Below are positions 9,157 through 18,246 of a stretch of 64,000 bases of DNA, piece by piece. The stretch is from Candidatus Eiseniibacteriota bacterium (GTDB lineage Bacteria > Eisenbacteria > RBG-16-71-46 > DASYSL01). The stretch spans positions 407-64,406 of the forward strand of contig JANPEF010000011.1 in assembly GCA_031431875.1 (NCBI GenBank), read 5' to 3'. Made by a program: the position numbers and the translations under genes. The notes under the pieces were generated by a model. It did no database searches and was not told the origin of the DNA. It was given only the letters and a program-made list of their open reading frames with translations. Every line of letters starts with the position of its first letter. Positions within the stretch are counted from its first letter, which is position 1.

Positions 9157-10569
9157 TCACGGCAGGAGCAGCATGGGGCGCGACTGCCGGCCGGCGGGCG
9201 TCGTCACGACGTACTGGTAGATGCCCGTCGCCGCCGCAACTCCGCTCGACATGCGGCCGTTCCACGACACCACGTGCGTACCGGCTTCGAGTGATCCCTG
9301 GTACAGGTTCGCGATCCGTCGCCCGGCCAGGTCATGGACCGTGACGTCCACCTTGCCCGCGCTGGCCAGCGTGAAGCTGATCCGCGTCGTGCCCGAGAAC
9401 GGGTTCGGCACGTTCTGCGCGAGCTCGATGGCGTGCGCCGGAGCCGACGCCACGTCGACCGTCCCGAGGTTGCGGAAGCCGACGTCGTCGATCCACATCG
9501 CGCCGCCCTGCAGCGTGGGCGAGAAGAAGAGGATGTAGGCGGACGCCGTCACGGTGCCGGCCGGGGCGACCGCCGTGACCGTGTGCCGGGTCCACGTCCC
9601 CAGGGGCGCGGTGTTGTCGAGGATCACCGTTTCTCCGGTGCCGATCTCCACGTTCGCGGCGTCCTTGTAGACGATGCGGGCGAGAACGTAATTGTCGTTC
9701 GTTCCGGTGATGGGGTCGTTGTAGCGGCACGACGTGAGCGCGTTCACGTCGAGCTCCCAGAGCTGGTTCTCGGACCCCGCGGTCGTCTGGAACAGGCCCG
9801 ACGGTGCGGCGGGAGCGAAGGTCGAGAACAGCTTGGCGCTGCCCGTCGGGGTGCGCAGCACCGGCACCTGCGCCTCGGGGAAGACGTTGCCGAACGTGGT
9901 CCAACCGGTGAGGCCGGTGCCAAAGCTCGGATTGGCGAGCACGTTGGGCTGCACGACCGTCGCGGATTCGTCGAACGAGGTGTCGTCGACGAAGACCGCG
10001 CCGCCATCGCAGGCCGGCTGCAGGTAGAGGAACAGCGCTTCGACGCGGACCGCGCCGGCGGGGGCGAGGGCCGATACGGAGAACGCGTTCCACTGCCCGG
10101 TGATCGCGTTGCCGTCCCCGATCACGACCTCGTTCGACGAGAGCTCGTTGCCACCGACGGCCGCGTCGAAGAACGCGATCTTCGCGAGCATCCGGTTCTT
10201 CGAGCAGGTGGTCGTGCCCGGGATGGGGTCGGCGGCGGCGATGTATGAGTAACCGCTGAGGGTGTACGTCTTTCCGGCCGTGGGGGTGAACCCCTGTCCG
10301 AAGCCCCCGACATTGAACTGGCCTCCCGGGCAGTTGATGAATCCGCCGAACGTCTTCGACGCTGCGCCACCCGTGCGGATGATGTTGTCGCCGCCCGGGA
10401 GCGAGAGCTGGACGCCGGCTCCGAACGTGAACCAGCCGTTATAGGAGCCCGCGCCGGTCTCGAAACCGGGGTTGGCCAGCAGATTCGCAGCGGTTGCCGA
10501 GGATGCACCTGTGGCGGACGCGAAGACGATCGTCCCCAGGAGCGAGAGACTTGCCAGAAACTGCTTCAT
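9157..10569 (-). CDS. secreted protein with two CBM4/9-like (LANPGFETG / LANPSFGTG) modules and a C-terminal FlgD-Ig-like domain
   Basis: Start re-assigned to the ATG at 10567-10569 (MKQFLASLSLLGTIVFASATGA signal peptide). A GGAGGA RBS lies directly upstream. The tail is VPNPFSGTTRISFTL...VHDLAGRRI...WNGRMSSGVAAATGIYQY. Confidence 0.7.
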   Translation of the reverse strand: MKQFLASLSLLGTIVFASATGASSATAANLLANPGFETGAGSYNGWFTFGAGVQLSLPGGDNIIRTGGAASKTFGGFINCPGGQFNVGGFGQGFTPTAGKTYTLSGYSYIAAADPIPGTTTCSKNRMLAKIAFFDAAVGGNELSSNEVVIGDGNAITGQWNAFSVSALAPAGAVRVEALFLYLQPACDGGAVFVDDTSFDESATVVQPNVLANPSFGTGLTGWTTFGNVFPEAQVPVLRTPTGSAKLFSTFAPAAPSGLFQTTAGSENQLWELDVNALTSCRYNDPITGTNDNYVLARIVYKDAANVEIGTGETVILDNTAPLGTWTRHTVTAVAPAGTVTASAYILFFSPTLQGGAMWIDDVGFRNLGTVDVASAPAHAIELAQNVPNPFSGTTRISFTLASAGKVDVTVHDLAGRRIANLYQGSLEAGTHVVSWNGRMSSGVAAATGIYQYVVTTPAGRQSRPMLLLP

Positions 10570-10683
10570 CCGATCCTCCTCGGCCGACCCGTGGTCGCGC
10601 CGCAATCCATGTGCAAGTGGATGTCTGAGATTCTTCGGAATTGTGGGCGGGACCTGGGAGCTTCGCCCGGGACAGACGGAGGC

Positions 10684-10729
10684 TTGACAGGACCGAGGGC
10701 AGAATACACTATGTTCGGCAGGCGAACAA
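10684..10729 (+). promoter_or_regulatory. sigma70-like promoter (TTGACA ...TACACT) with an adjacent 6-bp inverted repeat TGTTCG-gcagg-CGAACA (candidate operator) upstream of the oppF-bgl operon
   Basis: A perfect -35 hexamer at 10684-10689 and a -10-like hexamer ~15-17 nt downstream. The palindrome at 10713-10729 sits between the promoter and the GTG start at 10754. Confidence 0.4.
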
Positions 10730-10753
10730 AGTCTCTTTCGGGGAGGGAAATCG

Positions 10754-11761
10754 GTGCGGCCAGATACTCGTGAGTCCCCTCGGCCCCCCCTGCTCGAACT
10801 GCGGGGCGTCGGCAAGACCTTCCCCCCGCGGGGCTACTTCGGCCGCGGCTCCAGGACCGTCGCCGCCCGGGATGTCTGCTTCCAAGTCGATCGGGGACAA
10901 GCTGTTGCCCTCGTCGGTGAGTCCGGGAGTGGCAAGAGCACCCTGGCCCGCCTGGTCCTCCGCCTCGATGCTCCCGACGGGGGCGAGATCCGATTGGACG
11001 GGGAGGATGTGCTCGTCCGCGAGCCCCGGCAGGCCTCCCTCGGCTACCGCCGCCGGGTCCAGATGGTCTTCCAGGATCCCTTCGGATCGCTCAATCCCGC
11101 GCACACGGTGGGCCATCACCTGGCCCGCCCGCTGCTGCGCCACCGCCGGGCGACAGAGGGCGAGGTACGTTCCCGCGTGGCCGACCTCCTGCGTACGGTC
11201 GAGCTCGAGCCGGCCGAGGAGTTCGCGGACCGGCACCCGTATGAGCTTTCGGGCGGGCAGCGGCAACGCGTCGCCATCGCGCGCGCGCTCGCCGTCGAAC
11301 CGGACCTGCTCGTCGCCGACGAGCCAACCTCGATGCTGGACGTCTCGATCCGCATGGGGATCCTCAACCTCCTCCTGCGTCTCAAGCGCGAACGCCAACT
11401 CGCCATCCTGCTCATCACCCACGATCTCGCATCGGCGCGCTACCTGGCCGATCGCGTGCTCGTCCTCTATCGCGGTCGTGTCGTCGAGGACGGTCCGAGC
11501 AATGCGGTGGTGCAGGACCCGAAGCACCCGTACACCCGGGCGCTGCTGGCCTCGATCGCCGAGGTCGACGGAGTCGCGCCGACCACGGCGCGTGCGGTCG
11601 AGAACGTCGCCCCGGCGGGCGACGTCGGGTGCCCCTTTGCGCCGCGCTGTTCCGAGGCGTTCGACTCCTGCCGGACCACCGATCCCGCACCGCGGGACGT
11701 GGACGACCGAAGCGTTCGCTGCCACCTCTACCCTGCGAACGCTCCTGCGTCCGCCAACTGA
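10754..11761 (+). CDS. oppF: Opp/Dpp-family ABC transporter ATP-binding protein (OppF/DppF-like)
   Basis: Walker A GESGSGKST, an LSGGQRQRVAIARAL signature, and the C-terminal oligopeptide-ABC extension with a CPFAPRC motif. GTG start with a GGGAGGGA RBS. Confidence 0.85.
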   Translation: MRPDTRESPRPPLLELRGVGKTFPPRGYFGRGSRTVAARDVCFQVDRGQAVALVGESGSGKSTLARLVLRLDAPDGGEIRLDGEDVLVREPRQASLGYRRRVQMVFQDPFGSLNPAHTVGHHLARPLLRHRRATEGEVRSRVADLLRTVELEPAEEFADRHPYELSGGQRQRVAIARALAVEPDLLVADEPTSMLDVSIRMGILNLLLRLKRERQLAILLITHDLASARYLADRVLVLYRGRVVEDGPSNAVVQDPKHPYTRALLASIAEVDGVAPTTARAVENVAPAGDVGCPFAPRCSEAFDSCRTTDPAPRDVDDRSVRCHLYPANAPASAN

Positions 11762-11772
11762 TCGGTCCGCTC

Positions 11773-13158
11773 ATGCACGAGTTTCCCAAGGGCTTTCTCT
11801 GGGGCGTCGCCACCTCCGCCGCGCAGATCGAAGGCGGCGTTCACGAGGGCGCACGCGGCGAGTCGATCTGGGATCGCTTCGCCGCGACGCCCGGGAAGAT
11901 CACCGACGGATCGGATCCGGGCATCGCCTGCGATCACTTCCACCTGTGGCGGGAGGACATCCGCCGCATGCAGTGGCTGGGGATCGGCGCCTACCGCTTC
12001 TCCATCGCCTGGCCGCGGATCCTGCCGACCGGCCGGGGCCGGGTCTCGGACGCCGGCCTCGACTTCTACGACGCGCTGGTCGACGGGTTGCTCGCCGCAG
12101 GAATCCGTCCTTTCGTCACGCTGAACCACTGGGACCTGCCGCAGGCGCTGCAGGACCGTGGTGGCTGGGGCTCGCGCAGGACTGCAGACGCGTTCCTCCA
12201 CTACACGACTGCAGTGTCCCGGCGCCTCGGTGATCGCGTCCGCCACTGGGTCACGCACAACGAACCGTGGTGCATCGCGACGCTCGGCCATGAGGAAGGA
12301 CACCACGCCCCGGGACACCTCGATCCGGCGGAGGGTCTGCGCGCCGCGCACCACCTGCTGCTCTCGCACGGACTCGCCGTGCAGGCGCTGCGTCAGAACG
12401 CAGCGGGGGCCGAGGTCGGGATCGTGCTCAACCTGACGCCGGCGCGGCCAGCGACAGAGTCCGCGGCCGACGTCGATGCGGCGCGGCGCGTGGACGGCCT
12501 GCTCAATCGCTGGTACCTCGATCCTCTGTTCCGCGGCGACTATCCCGCGGACGTGGTGGCCGACCGGGTCCGCCGGGGTCACCTGGCCGCCGGGGAACTG
12601 CCGTTCGTGCGTCCAGGGGACATGGCGACGATCGCCGCGCCGCTCGACTTCCTCGGCATCAACTACTACAGCCGGGTGACCGTGCGGGCCGGCGCCGACG
12701 GCGAGCCGGTCCAGGTGCGCACCGTGCCCGAGGGCGAACTCACCGACATGGGTTGGGAGGTTCAACCCGACGGACTCCACGATCTCCTGGTCCGGATCGA
12801 TCGCGAGTACCATCCAGGGACGATTTACATCACGGAGAATGGTGCGGCCTACGCCGACGGCCCGGATGCCACGGGACAGGTTGCGGACGTGCGGCGCATC
12901 GAGTTTCTGCGCAGCCATCTCCGCGCGGCGCAGCGGGCGCTGGCGAACGGCGTGCCGCTCGCCGGATACTTCGCCTGGTCGCTGCTCGACAACTTCGAGT
13001 GGGCGCACGGCTACAGCAAGCGATTCGGCCTCTACTGGGTCGACTTCGCAACGCAGGAACGCATTCCCAAGGAGAGCGCGTACTGGTATCGCGACGTCGT
13101 CGCCGCCGGCTCGCTCCTGGTCGCCGACCCGTCCCACGCCTCGAGGAGGATGCCGTGA
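11773..13158 (+). CDS. GH1 beta-glucosidase
   Basis: FPKGFLWGVATSAAQIEGG N-terminal signature, a THNEPW acid/base motif and an ITENGAAY nucleophile motif. Start re-assigned to the ATG at 11773, just after the oppF stop. Confidence 0.9.
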   Translation: MHEFPKGFLWGVATSAAQIEGGVHEGARGESIWDRFAATPGKITDGSDPGIACDHFHLWREDIRRMQWLGIGAYRFSIAWPRILPTGRGRVSDAGLDFYDALVDGLLAAGIRPFVTLNHWDLPQALQDRGGWGSRRTADAFLHYTTAVSRRLGDRVRHWVTHNEPWCIATLGHEEGHHAPGHLDPAEGLRAAHHLLLSHGLAVQALRQNAAGAEVGIVLNLTPARPATESAADVDAARRVDGLLNRWYLDPLFRGDYPADVVADRVRRGHLAAGELPFVRPGDMATIAAPLDFLGINYYSRVTVRAGADGEPVQVRTVPEGELTDMGWEVQPDGLHDLLVRIDREYHPGTIYITENGAAYADGPDATGQVADVRRIEFLRSHLRAAQRALANGVPLAGYFAWSLLDNFEWAHGYSKRFGLYWVDFATQERIPKESAYWYRDVVAAGSLLVADPSHASRRMP

Positions 13159-16100
13159 GCTCGATTCGTTCCCTGATCTCCCGGGCGGGGCTGCACCTCG
13201 CCGTCGCGTCCACCTGGCTGGTCCTTGCCCCTCCGGCTGCGCGCGCCCAGGGGGCGCCCGCACCGGTTTCAGCCGTGTCCACGGTGCGCGTGGTGAACGA
13301 CTCCGCAGGCTCGCGGCTGCAGGTGGACGGCCGCGACTTCATGGTCCACGGCATGAACTGGGACTACGTTCCGATCGGCCAGAACTACTCCTATGACTTC
13401 TGGGGCCAGCCGGACGACCTGATCAAGGCCGGGCTCGCCCGCGAGATGCCGCTGCTCAAGGCGATGGGCGTGAACGCGATCCGCATGTACGTGGGGATTC
13501 CGCCCCGCTGGGTGCGCTACATCCACGAGCAGTACGGCATCTACACCGTGCTCAACCACCCGATGGCGCGCTACGGCTACACGCTCGAAGGCACCTGGCT
13601 GCCGAACACCGACTATTCGAATCCGCAGCTGCGCGCCGCGGTGTCGGCCGAGATCTACGCCCTGGTCGACTCGTTCAAGGACACCCCGGGACTGCTCATG
13701 TGGCTGCTCGGCAACGAGAACAACTACGGGCTGACCTGGTCGTCGTTCGAGATCGAGGCGCTGCCCAAGGGCGAACGCGACACGGCGCGCGCCCGTTATC
13801 TGTACTCGCTGTACGGCGAGATCATCGACGGCGTCAAGGCGCGCGATCCCCGGCGCCCGGTGGCGATGGCCAACGGCGACCTCCAGTACATCGACCTCAT
13901 CGCCGAGGAGTGCAAGGGTCTCGACGTGCTCGGCACCAACGTCTATCGCGGCATCTCGGCGCGCGACCTGTTCCAGGTCGTGAAGGACAAGCTCGGTGTC
14001 CCCGTGCTCTTCACCGAGTTCGGCGCGGACGCCTGGAACGCGCGCGAGATGCGCGAGGACCAGGTGGCGCAGGCGCACTACCTCATCGGCCAGTGGCGCG
14101 AGATCTACGAGCAGTCGAGCGGCAAGGGCAAGGTGGGGAACGCGATCGGCGGCCTCGTCTTCCAGTGGAGCGACGGCTGGTGGAAGTACGGCCAGGAGAG
14201 CCGCCTCGACGTCCACGACACGCACGCCTCGTGGCCCAACGGCGGGTACGTCGAGGACTTCGTCGAGGGCGAGAACAACATGAACGAGGAGTGGTGGGGC
14301 ATCTGCGCCAAGGGACCGGTCGACAGCCGCGGGTTGTTCGAGCTCTACCCGCGTGCCGCCTACTTCGCGCTGCAGCGCGCCTTCCGCCTGCCGCCATACG
14401 CGCCCGCGACGGACCTCGCCGCGATCACGGCGCACTTCGACGCGATCCAGCCATCGTCGGTTGCGCTCGAGGCGCGCGGCAGCAGTGCCAGTCGTGCCGT
14501 CGATGAACTGAAGCGCATCCGCGTCAAGAGCCTGCGCCTGCAGTTCGAGACCGTCAACACGGGTGGCGTGAACATCAGCACGCCCGAGACGGGAGCGCCG
14601 ACCGACCCGCCACCGGCGTTCCTGGGCTTCGACCAGATGCAGTCGTACTACGCCGAGATCGAAGCCCGCCCGGCGCCCAACGTGACCGGCACGGTGACCA
14701 TCAACGTGCTGGGCAGCGTGCCGGGAAACGCGATCAACGAGATCTTCTACGAGAACCGCGGCCGGCCGCGCATCGCGCAGATCGATGGCCAGCCGGTCCA
14801 GCTCAACGGCATCGAGCGCACGAAGGTCTACCAGGCCGGCATCTCGTGGGAAGAGCCGTGGTTCCAGCTCGATGCCTTCTATCGCACGGGCCACTACCAC
14901 TGGGGTTACGAGGGCGACTTCTTCGGCCTGTACCGCGAGGCGAACTACGGCGAAAACGTCGACATCTACAACGGCGAGGCGCCGGTCGGCTTCGAGATCG
15001 CCGGACGCAAGACGTTCGACGGGCTGAAGTTGGCGTTCGGCCCGCAGGTGTGGTGGGGCGCGAACCCGCTGGTCATGCTCAAGTATCGCCGTCGCATCGG
15101 CAACATCGATGCCACCGGCATGTACAGCAACGAGCTCGCTTCGCAATCGTCGGCCACCAGCTCGGCCGCGATTCCGATTCCGCCCACGCGGCGCGCCACG
15201 CTGGGCCTGGCCACGAAGCGCGGCCCGTGGGGCGTCGAGGTCGGTGGCATCTGGGCCGGCTCGACCAAGGTCGGCGACACCTTCCAGATCGCCGAGGAGA
15301 ACCCCGACGGCACCTATCGCGTCCTCGAGGACCGGATCATCGACGGTGACACGTTCGGCGCCAAGGCCAAGGTGACGATGCAGCAGGGCCGCTGGAACTG
15401 GTACGCGCAGGGCGCCCGCATGGGTCTCGTCGCCGACGGCGGGCCGACCGCGACGATCACCTACACCGGCTGGCACCTGAAGGACACCGGCTCGGGCAAC
15501 CAGACGAACTTCCTGACCGGCGCGGCCTACAACCTGGGCAAGTTCCAGGTCGGGCCGAACTTCCTGTGGCAGAAGCCGATCATCGGACCGGTGCCGTCGA
15601 CCGTTCCCTCGCCGGGCCGTCCGCGCAACGTGCTCGAGGATCCGTTCGCCGTGCGCAGCAACCGCGAGACCGTGGCCGCCGAGATCCTGATCGGCTACGA
15701 TCCCACACCGGGCACGTGGATGTGGGCGTGGGACAACGACCTGCGCGAGGACGCGAAGGTGGCCGCCAGCCTCGGCTTCATCTTCCGCCACCTGCCGACC
15801 ACGATGGACGCCGCCATCGGCATCCTGGGGGATGGCTCGACGACGTTCGCGTTCCCGGCCGCGACGCCGCCGCGCGACCTGTGGGAGCTGCGCGCCCGCG
15901 TCATCTCGAAGACGCAGCCGGACATGCGCATCGCGGCCACCGCCTACGCCGGCACCGGCGAGCCGAACGGCGACAGCCAGCGTCTCATCCACCGCTACGG
16001 ACTCGACGGCCGCATCGCGTACAAGGAGATGGCGTTCGGGACCTACGCGAAGTTCAACGACTGGGGACCGTACGACTATCACCGTGACGGCAACAGCACG

Positions 16101-16337
16101 TTCCCCGTGCAGCTCATGGGCGATCTCTCGCACACCCTGGGAATGCCGCGCTGGTTCGGAAATCCGCAGACGCGCCTGGGCATGCGAGGACTCTGGCGCA
16201 CGCTCGATGTGTACTCGCCGCGTTACTGCCCCGGGACGGTGATCGACGCGGCGGGGAACACGGTGTGTGATCCGAGTGCGCCGGGCGGGAACGGGCGCGA
16301 GTGGGAGATCCGCACCTACATCCACCTCGCGATGTAG
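13155..16337 (+). CDS. secreted clan GH-A TIM-barrel glycosidase domain fused to a ~600 aa beta-strand-rich C-terminal domain of unknown function
   Basis: GTG start overlapping the GH1 stop (GTGA), with a GAGGAGGA RBS. Signal peptide VSSIRSLISRAGLHLAVASTWLVLAPPAARAQG. LLGNENNY (acid/base) and LFTEFGADAW (nucleophile). The C-terminal half is rich in aromatic and alternating hydrophobic residues (GWHLKDTGSGNQTNFLTGAAYNLGKF...). Confidence 0.6.
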   Translation: MSSIRSLISRAGLHLAVASTWLVLAPPAARAQGAPAPVSAVSTVRVVNDSAGSRLQVDGRDFMVHGMNWDYVPIGQNYSYDFWGQPDDLIKAGLAREMPLLKAMGVNAIRMYVGIPPRWVRYIHEQYGIYTVLNHPMARYGYTLEGTWLPNTDYSNPQLRAAVSAEIYALVDSFKDTPGLLMWLLGNENNYGLTWSSFEIEALPKGERDTARARYLYSLYGEIIDGVKARDPRRPVAMANGDLQYIDLIAEECKGLDVLGTNVYRGISARDLFQVVKDKLGVPVLFTEFGADAWNAREMREDQVAQAHYLIGQWREIYEQSSGKGKVGNAIGGLVFQWSDGWWKYGQESRLDVHDTHASWPNGGYVEDFVEGENNMNEEWWGICAKGPVDSRGLFELYPRAAYFALQRAFRLPPYAPATDLAAITAHFDAIQPSSVALEARGSSASRAVDELKRIRVKSLRLQFETVNTGGVNISTPETGAPTDPPPAFLGFDQMQSYYAEIEARPAPNVTGTVTINVLGSVPGNAINEIFYENRGRPRIAQIDGQPVQLNGIERTKVYQAGISWEEPWFQLDAFYRTGHYHWGYEGDFFGLYREANYGENVDIYNGEAPVGFEIAGRKTFDGLKLAFGPQVWWGANPLVMLKYRRRIGNIDATGMYSNELASQSSATSSAAIPIPPTRRATLGLATKRGPWGVEVGGIWAGSTKVGDTFQIAEENPDGTYRVLEDRIIDGDTFGAKAKVTMQQGRWNWYAQGARMGLVADGGPTATITYTGWHLKDTGSGNQTNFLTGAAYNLGKFQVGPNFLWQKPIIGPVPSTVPSPGRPRNVLEDPFAVRSNRETVAAEILIGYDPTPGTWMWAWDNDLREDAKVAASLGFIFRHLPTTMDAAIGILGDGSTTFAFPAATPPRDLWELRARVISKTQPDMRIAATAYAGTGEPNGDSQRLIHRYGLDGRIAYKEMAFGTYAKFNDWGPYDYHRDGNSTFPVQLMGDLSHTLGMPRWFGNPQTRLGMRGLWRTLDVYSPRYCPGTVIDAAGNTVCDPSAPGGNGREWEIRTYIHLAM

Positions 16338-16352
16338 TCGGCCGGGTGGCGG

Positions 16353-17318
16353 CTACTTCGCCACATGGCACGCCGCGACGTGGCCCGGAGCGAACTCGCG
16401 CAACTCCGGCGTCTCCACCCGGCAGCGCTCGATCGCGAGCGGGCAACGTGGGTGGAACCGGCACCCCGCCGGCGGGTTCTCGAGGCTCGGCGGCGCGCCC
16501 GGAATGCCGACCCGGTCGTGTCCCGTGTCGTGGATTCCCGGGAACGAGCGCAGCAGGCCCTGCGTGTACGGGTGCCGTGCCGAGTTGCGCAACCCGGCGA
16601 CCGGCCCCAATTCGACCAGCCGCGCGCTGTAGAACACCGCCACCCGATCCGAGAACTGCAGCATGCGCGCCAGGTCGTGCGTGATGAACAACACGGAGAA
16701 GCCGAGCCGCTGGTGGAGCGCGCGGATCTGGACCAGGATCTCCTGCTCGACGATCACGTCGAGCGCGGTGGTCGGCTCGTCGAGAATCAGCAGCGCGGGC
16801 TCGAGCGCGAGCGCCAGCGCGATGCACACGCGCTGCCGCATGCCTCCCGACAGCTGGTGCGGGTAGCTGTCCAGTCGGTCGGGCGGCATGCCGACCATCG
16901 CGAAGAGCTCGCCGGCGCGGGCACGCGCCGCGCCGCGCGACGCAAAGTCGTGCGCCAGCATCGTGTCGATGATCTGCTCCCCCACGGTGAGCACGGGATT
17001 CAGGGCGTCCATGGCGCTCTGGAACACGATCGCCACGCGCTTCCAGCGCAACTCGCGGAGTTCCGCCTCATCGGCCGCGAGGAGGTCGCGCCCCTCGAGC
17101 AGGACCTGGCCGCGCGAGATCACCGCGGGGGATGGCAGGATGCGAAGGATCGCCTGCGCCAGCGTCGACTTGCCGCTGCCCGATTCGCCGGCGATGCCCA
17201 CGATCTCGCCCCGTCCCACGTCGAACGAGACCCCATCGACCGCCCGCACGAGGCCGCGATCGGTGACGTAGTCGACGCAGAGGTCGCCAACGGAGAGCAG
17301 GGGCTCAGTCACGGTCAC
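16353..17318 (-). CDS. oppD: Opp/Dpp-family ABC transporter ATP-binding protein (OppD/DppD-like)
   Basis: GESGSGKSTLAQAIL Walker A, an LSGGMRQRVCIALAL signature, and a C-terminal CRFHPRCP motif. Confidence 0.85.
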   Translation of the reverse strand: MTVTEPLLSVGDLCVDYVTDRGLVRAVDGVSFDVGRGEIVGIAGESGSGKSTLAQAILRILPSPAVISRGQVLLEGRDLLAADEAELRELRWKRVAIVFQSAMDALNPVLTVGEQIIDTMLAHDFASRGAARARAGELFAMVGMPPDRLDSYPHQLSGGMRQRVCIALALALEPALLILDEPTTALDVIVEQEILVQIRALHQRLGFSVLFITHDLARMLQFSDRVAVFYSARLVELGPVAGLRNSARHPYTQGLLRSFPGIHDTGHDRVGIPGAPPSLENPPAGCRFHPRCPLAIERCRVETPELREFAPGHVAACHVAK

Positions 17319-18246
17319 GCACCACGGGCGTCGAACGCGTCGGGGTCCGACCCCGGGCCGCCAGGTGGGCGCGCCATGCCCGTTCCATCTGCAGCCGCGG
17401 ATTCGTGATCTCGTCGAAGCCGGAGTTGAGCAGGGTCAGGCCGAAGCCCACGAGAGCGACGCAGAGCCCGGTGGGCACGAACGTCCACCACGCCCCGGTC
17501 AGGAGCGCGGAGTCGTTCTGCGACCAGTAGAGGTTCGTCCCCCAGGTGAACGCCGAGACGTCGCCGAGGCCGAGGAACTCGAGGCCCACCTGGGCGCCGA
17601 TGGCGTACACGGTGCTGCCGATCACCTGCGCCACGAGCAGCGACATCATGTTGGGCAGGATCTCGCGCGTGATGATGTTGAACGGCGACTCGCCGGCGAC
17701 GACCGCCGCCGCCACGAAGTCGCGCCGGCGCAGGGCCAGAGCCTGCGAGCGCAGCACGCGCGCGTTCCAGGCCCACCCCGTGACCACGAGCACGAACCCC
17801 AGCGTGAGCGGCCCCGATGGCAGGTAGGCGGCGATGACGATGGCCAGCGGGAGCCCCGGCAGGACCAGGAACACGTTGAAGATCACCGAGAGGAGCGCGT
17901 CGACACGGCCGCCGAAGTAGCCAGCCGTGACGCCCACGAGCGCCCCGATGAGCACCACCGCAAGGCCGACCGCGAAGCCGATGGCGAGCGAGACGCGGGT
18001 GCCGACGACAAGTTGGGCGAGCACGTCCTGGCCCTGCCCGTTCGTGCCGAGCCAGTGCGCCCCCGAGGGTGATTGCAGCGGCACGCCGACCAGCGCATCC
18101 GGGGCGCCGACGAGCCACGGGCCGACGATCCCGACGAGGACGAACCCGGCGATCAGCGTCGCGCCGATCGACGCCTTGCGATCGCGCCGGATCGCATGCC
18201 ACCAGGCGGTGATGCCTGTGGCGCGGGTTGCGCGCGGGCCGCTCAT
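17305..18246 (-). CDS. oppC: Opp/Dpp-family ABC permease (OppC/DppC-like)
   Basis: The track ORF extends to 19179 but overlaps oppB. An ATG at 18244-18246 overlaps the oppB stop (ATGA). Six predicted transmembrane segments and an EAA-like loop (ALALRRRDFVAAAVVAGESP). Confidence 0.85.
   Translation of the reverse strand: MSGPRATRATGITAWWHAIRRDRKASIGATLIAGFVLVGIVGPWLVGAPDALVGVPLQSPSGAHWLGTNGQGQDVLAQLVVGTRVSLAIGFAVGLAVVLIGALVGVTAGYFGGRVDALLSVIFNVFLVLPGLPLAIVIAAYLPSGPLTLGFVLVVTGWAWNARVLRSQALALRRRDFVAAAVVAGESPFNIITREILPNMMSLLVAQVIGSTVYAIGAQVGLEFLGLGDVSAFTWGTNLYWSQNDSALLTGAWWTFVPTGLCVALVGFGLTLLNSGFDEITNPRLQMERAWRAHLAARGRTPTRSTPVVRDRD

Noticed and set aside
16338-16352. Possible bidirectional terminator between the convergent GH-barrel gene and oppD
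   Set aside because: Only 15 bp separate the two stops, and no convincing stem-loop or T-tract is present.
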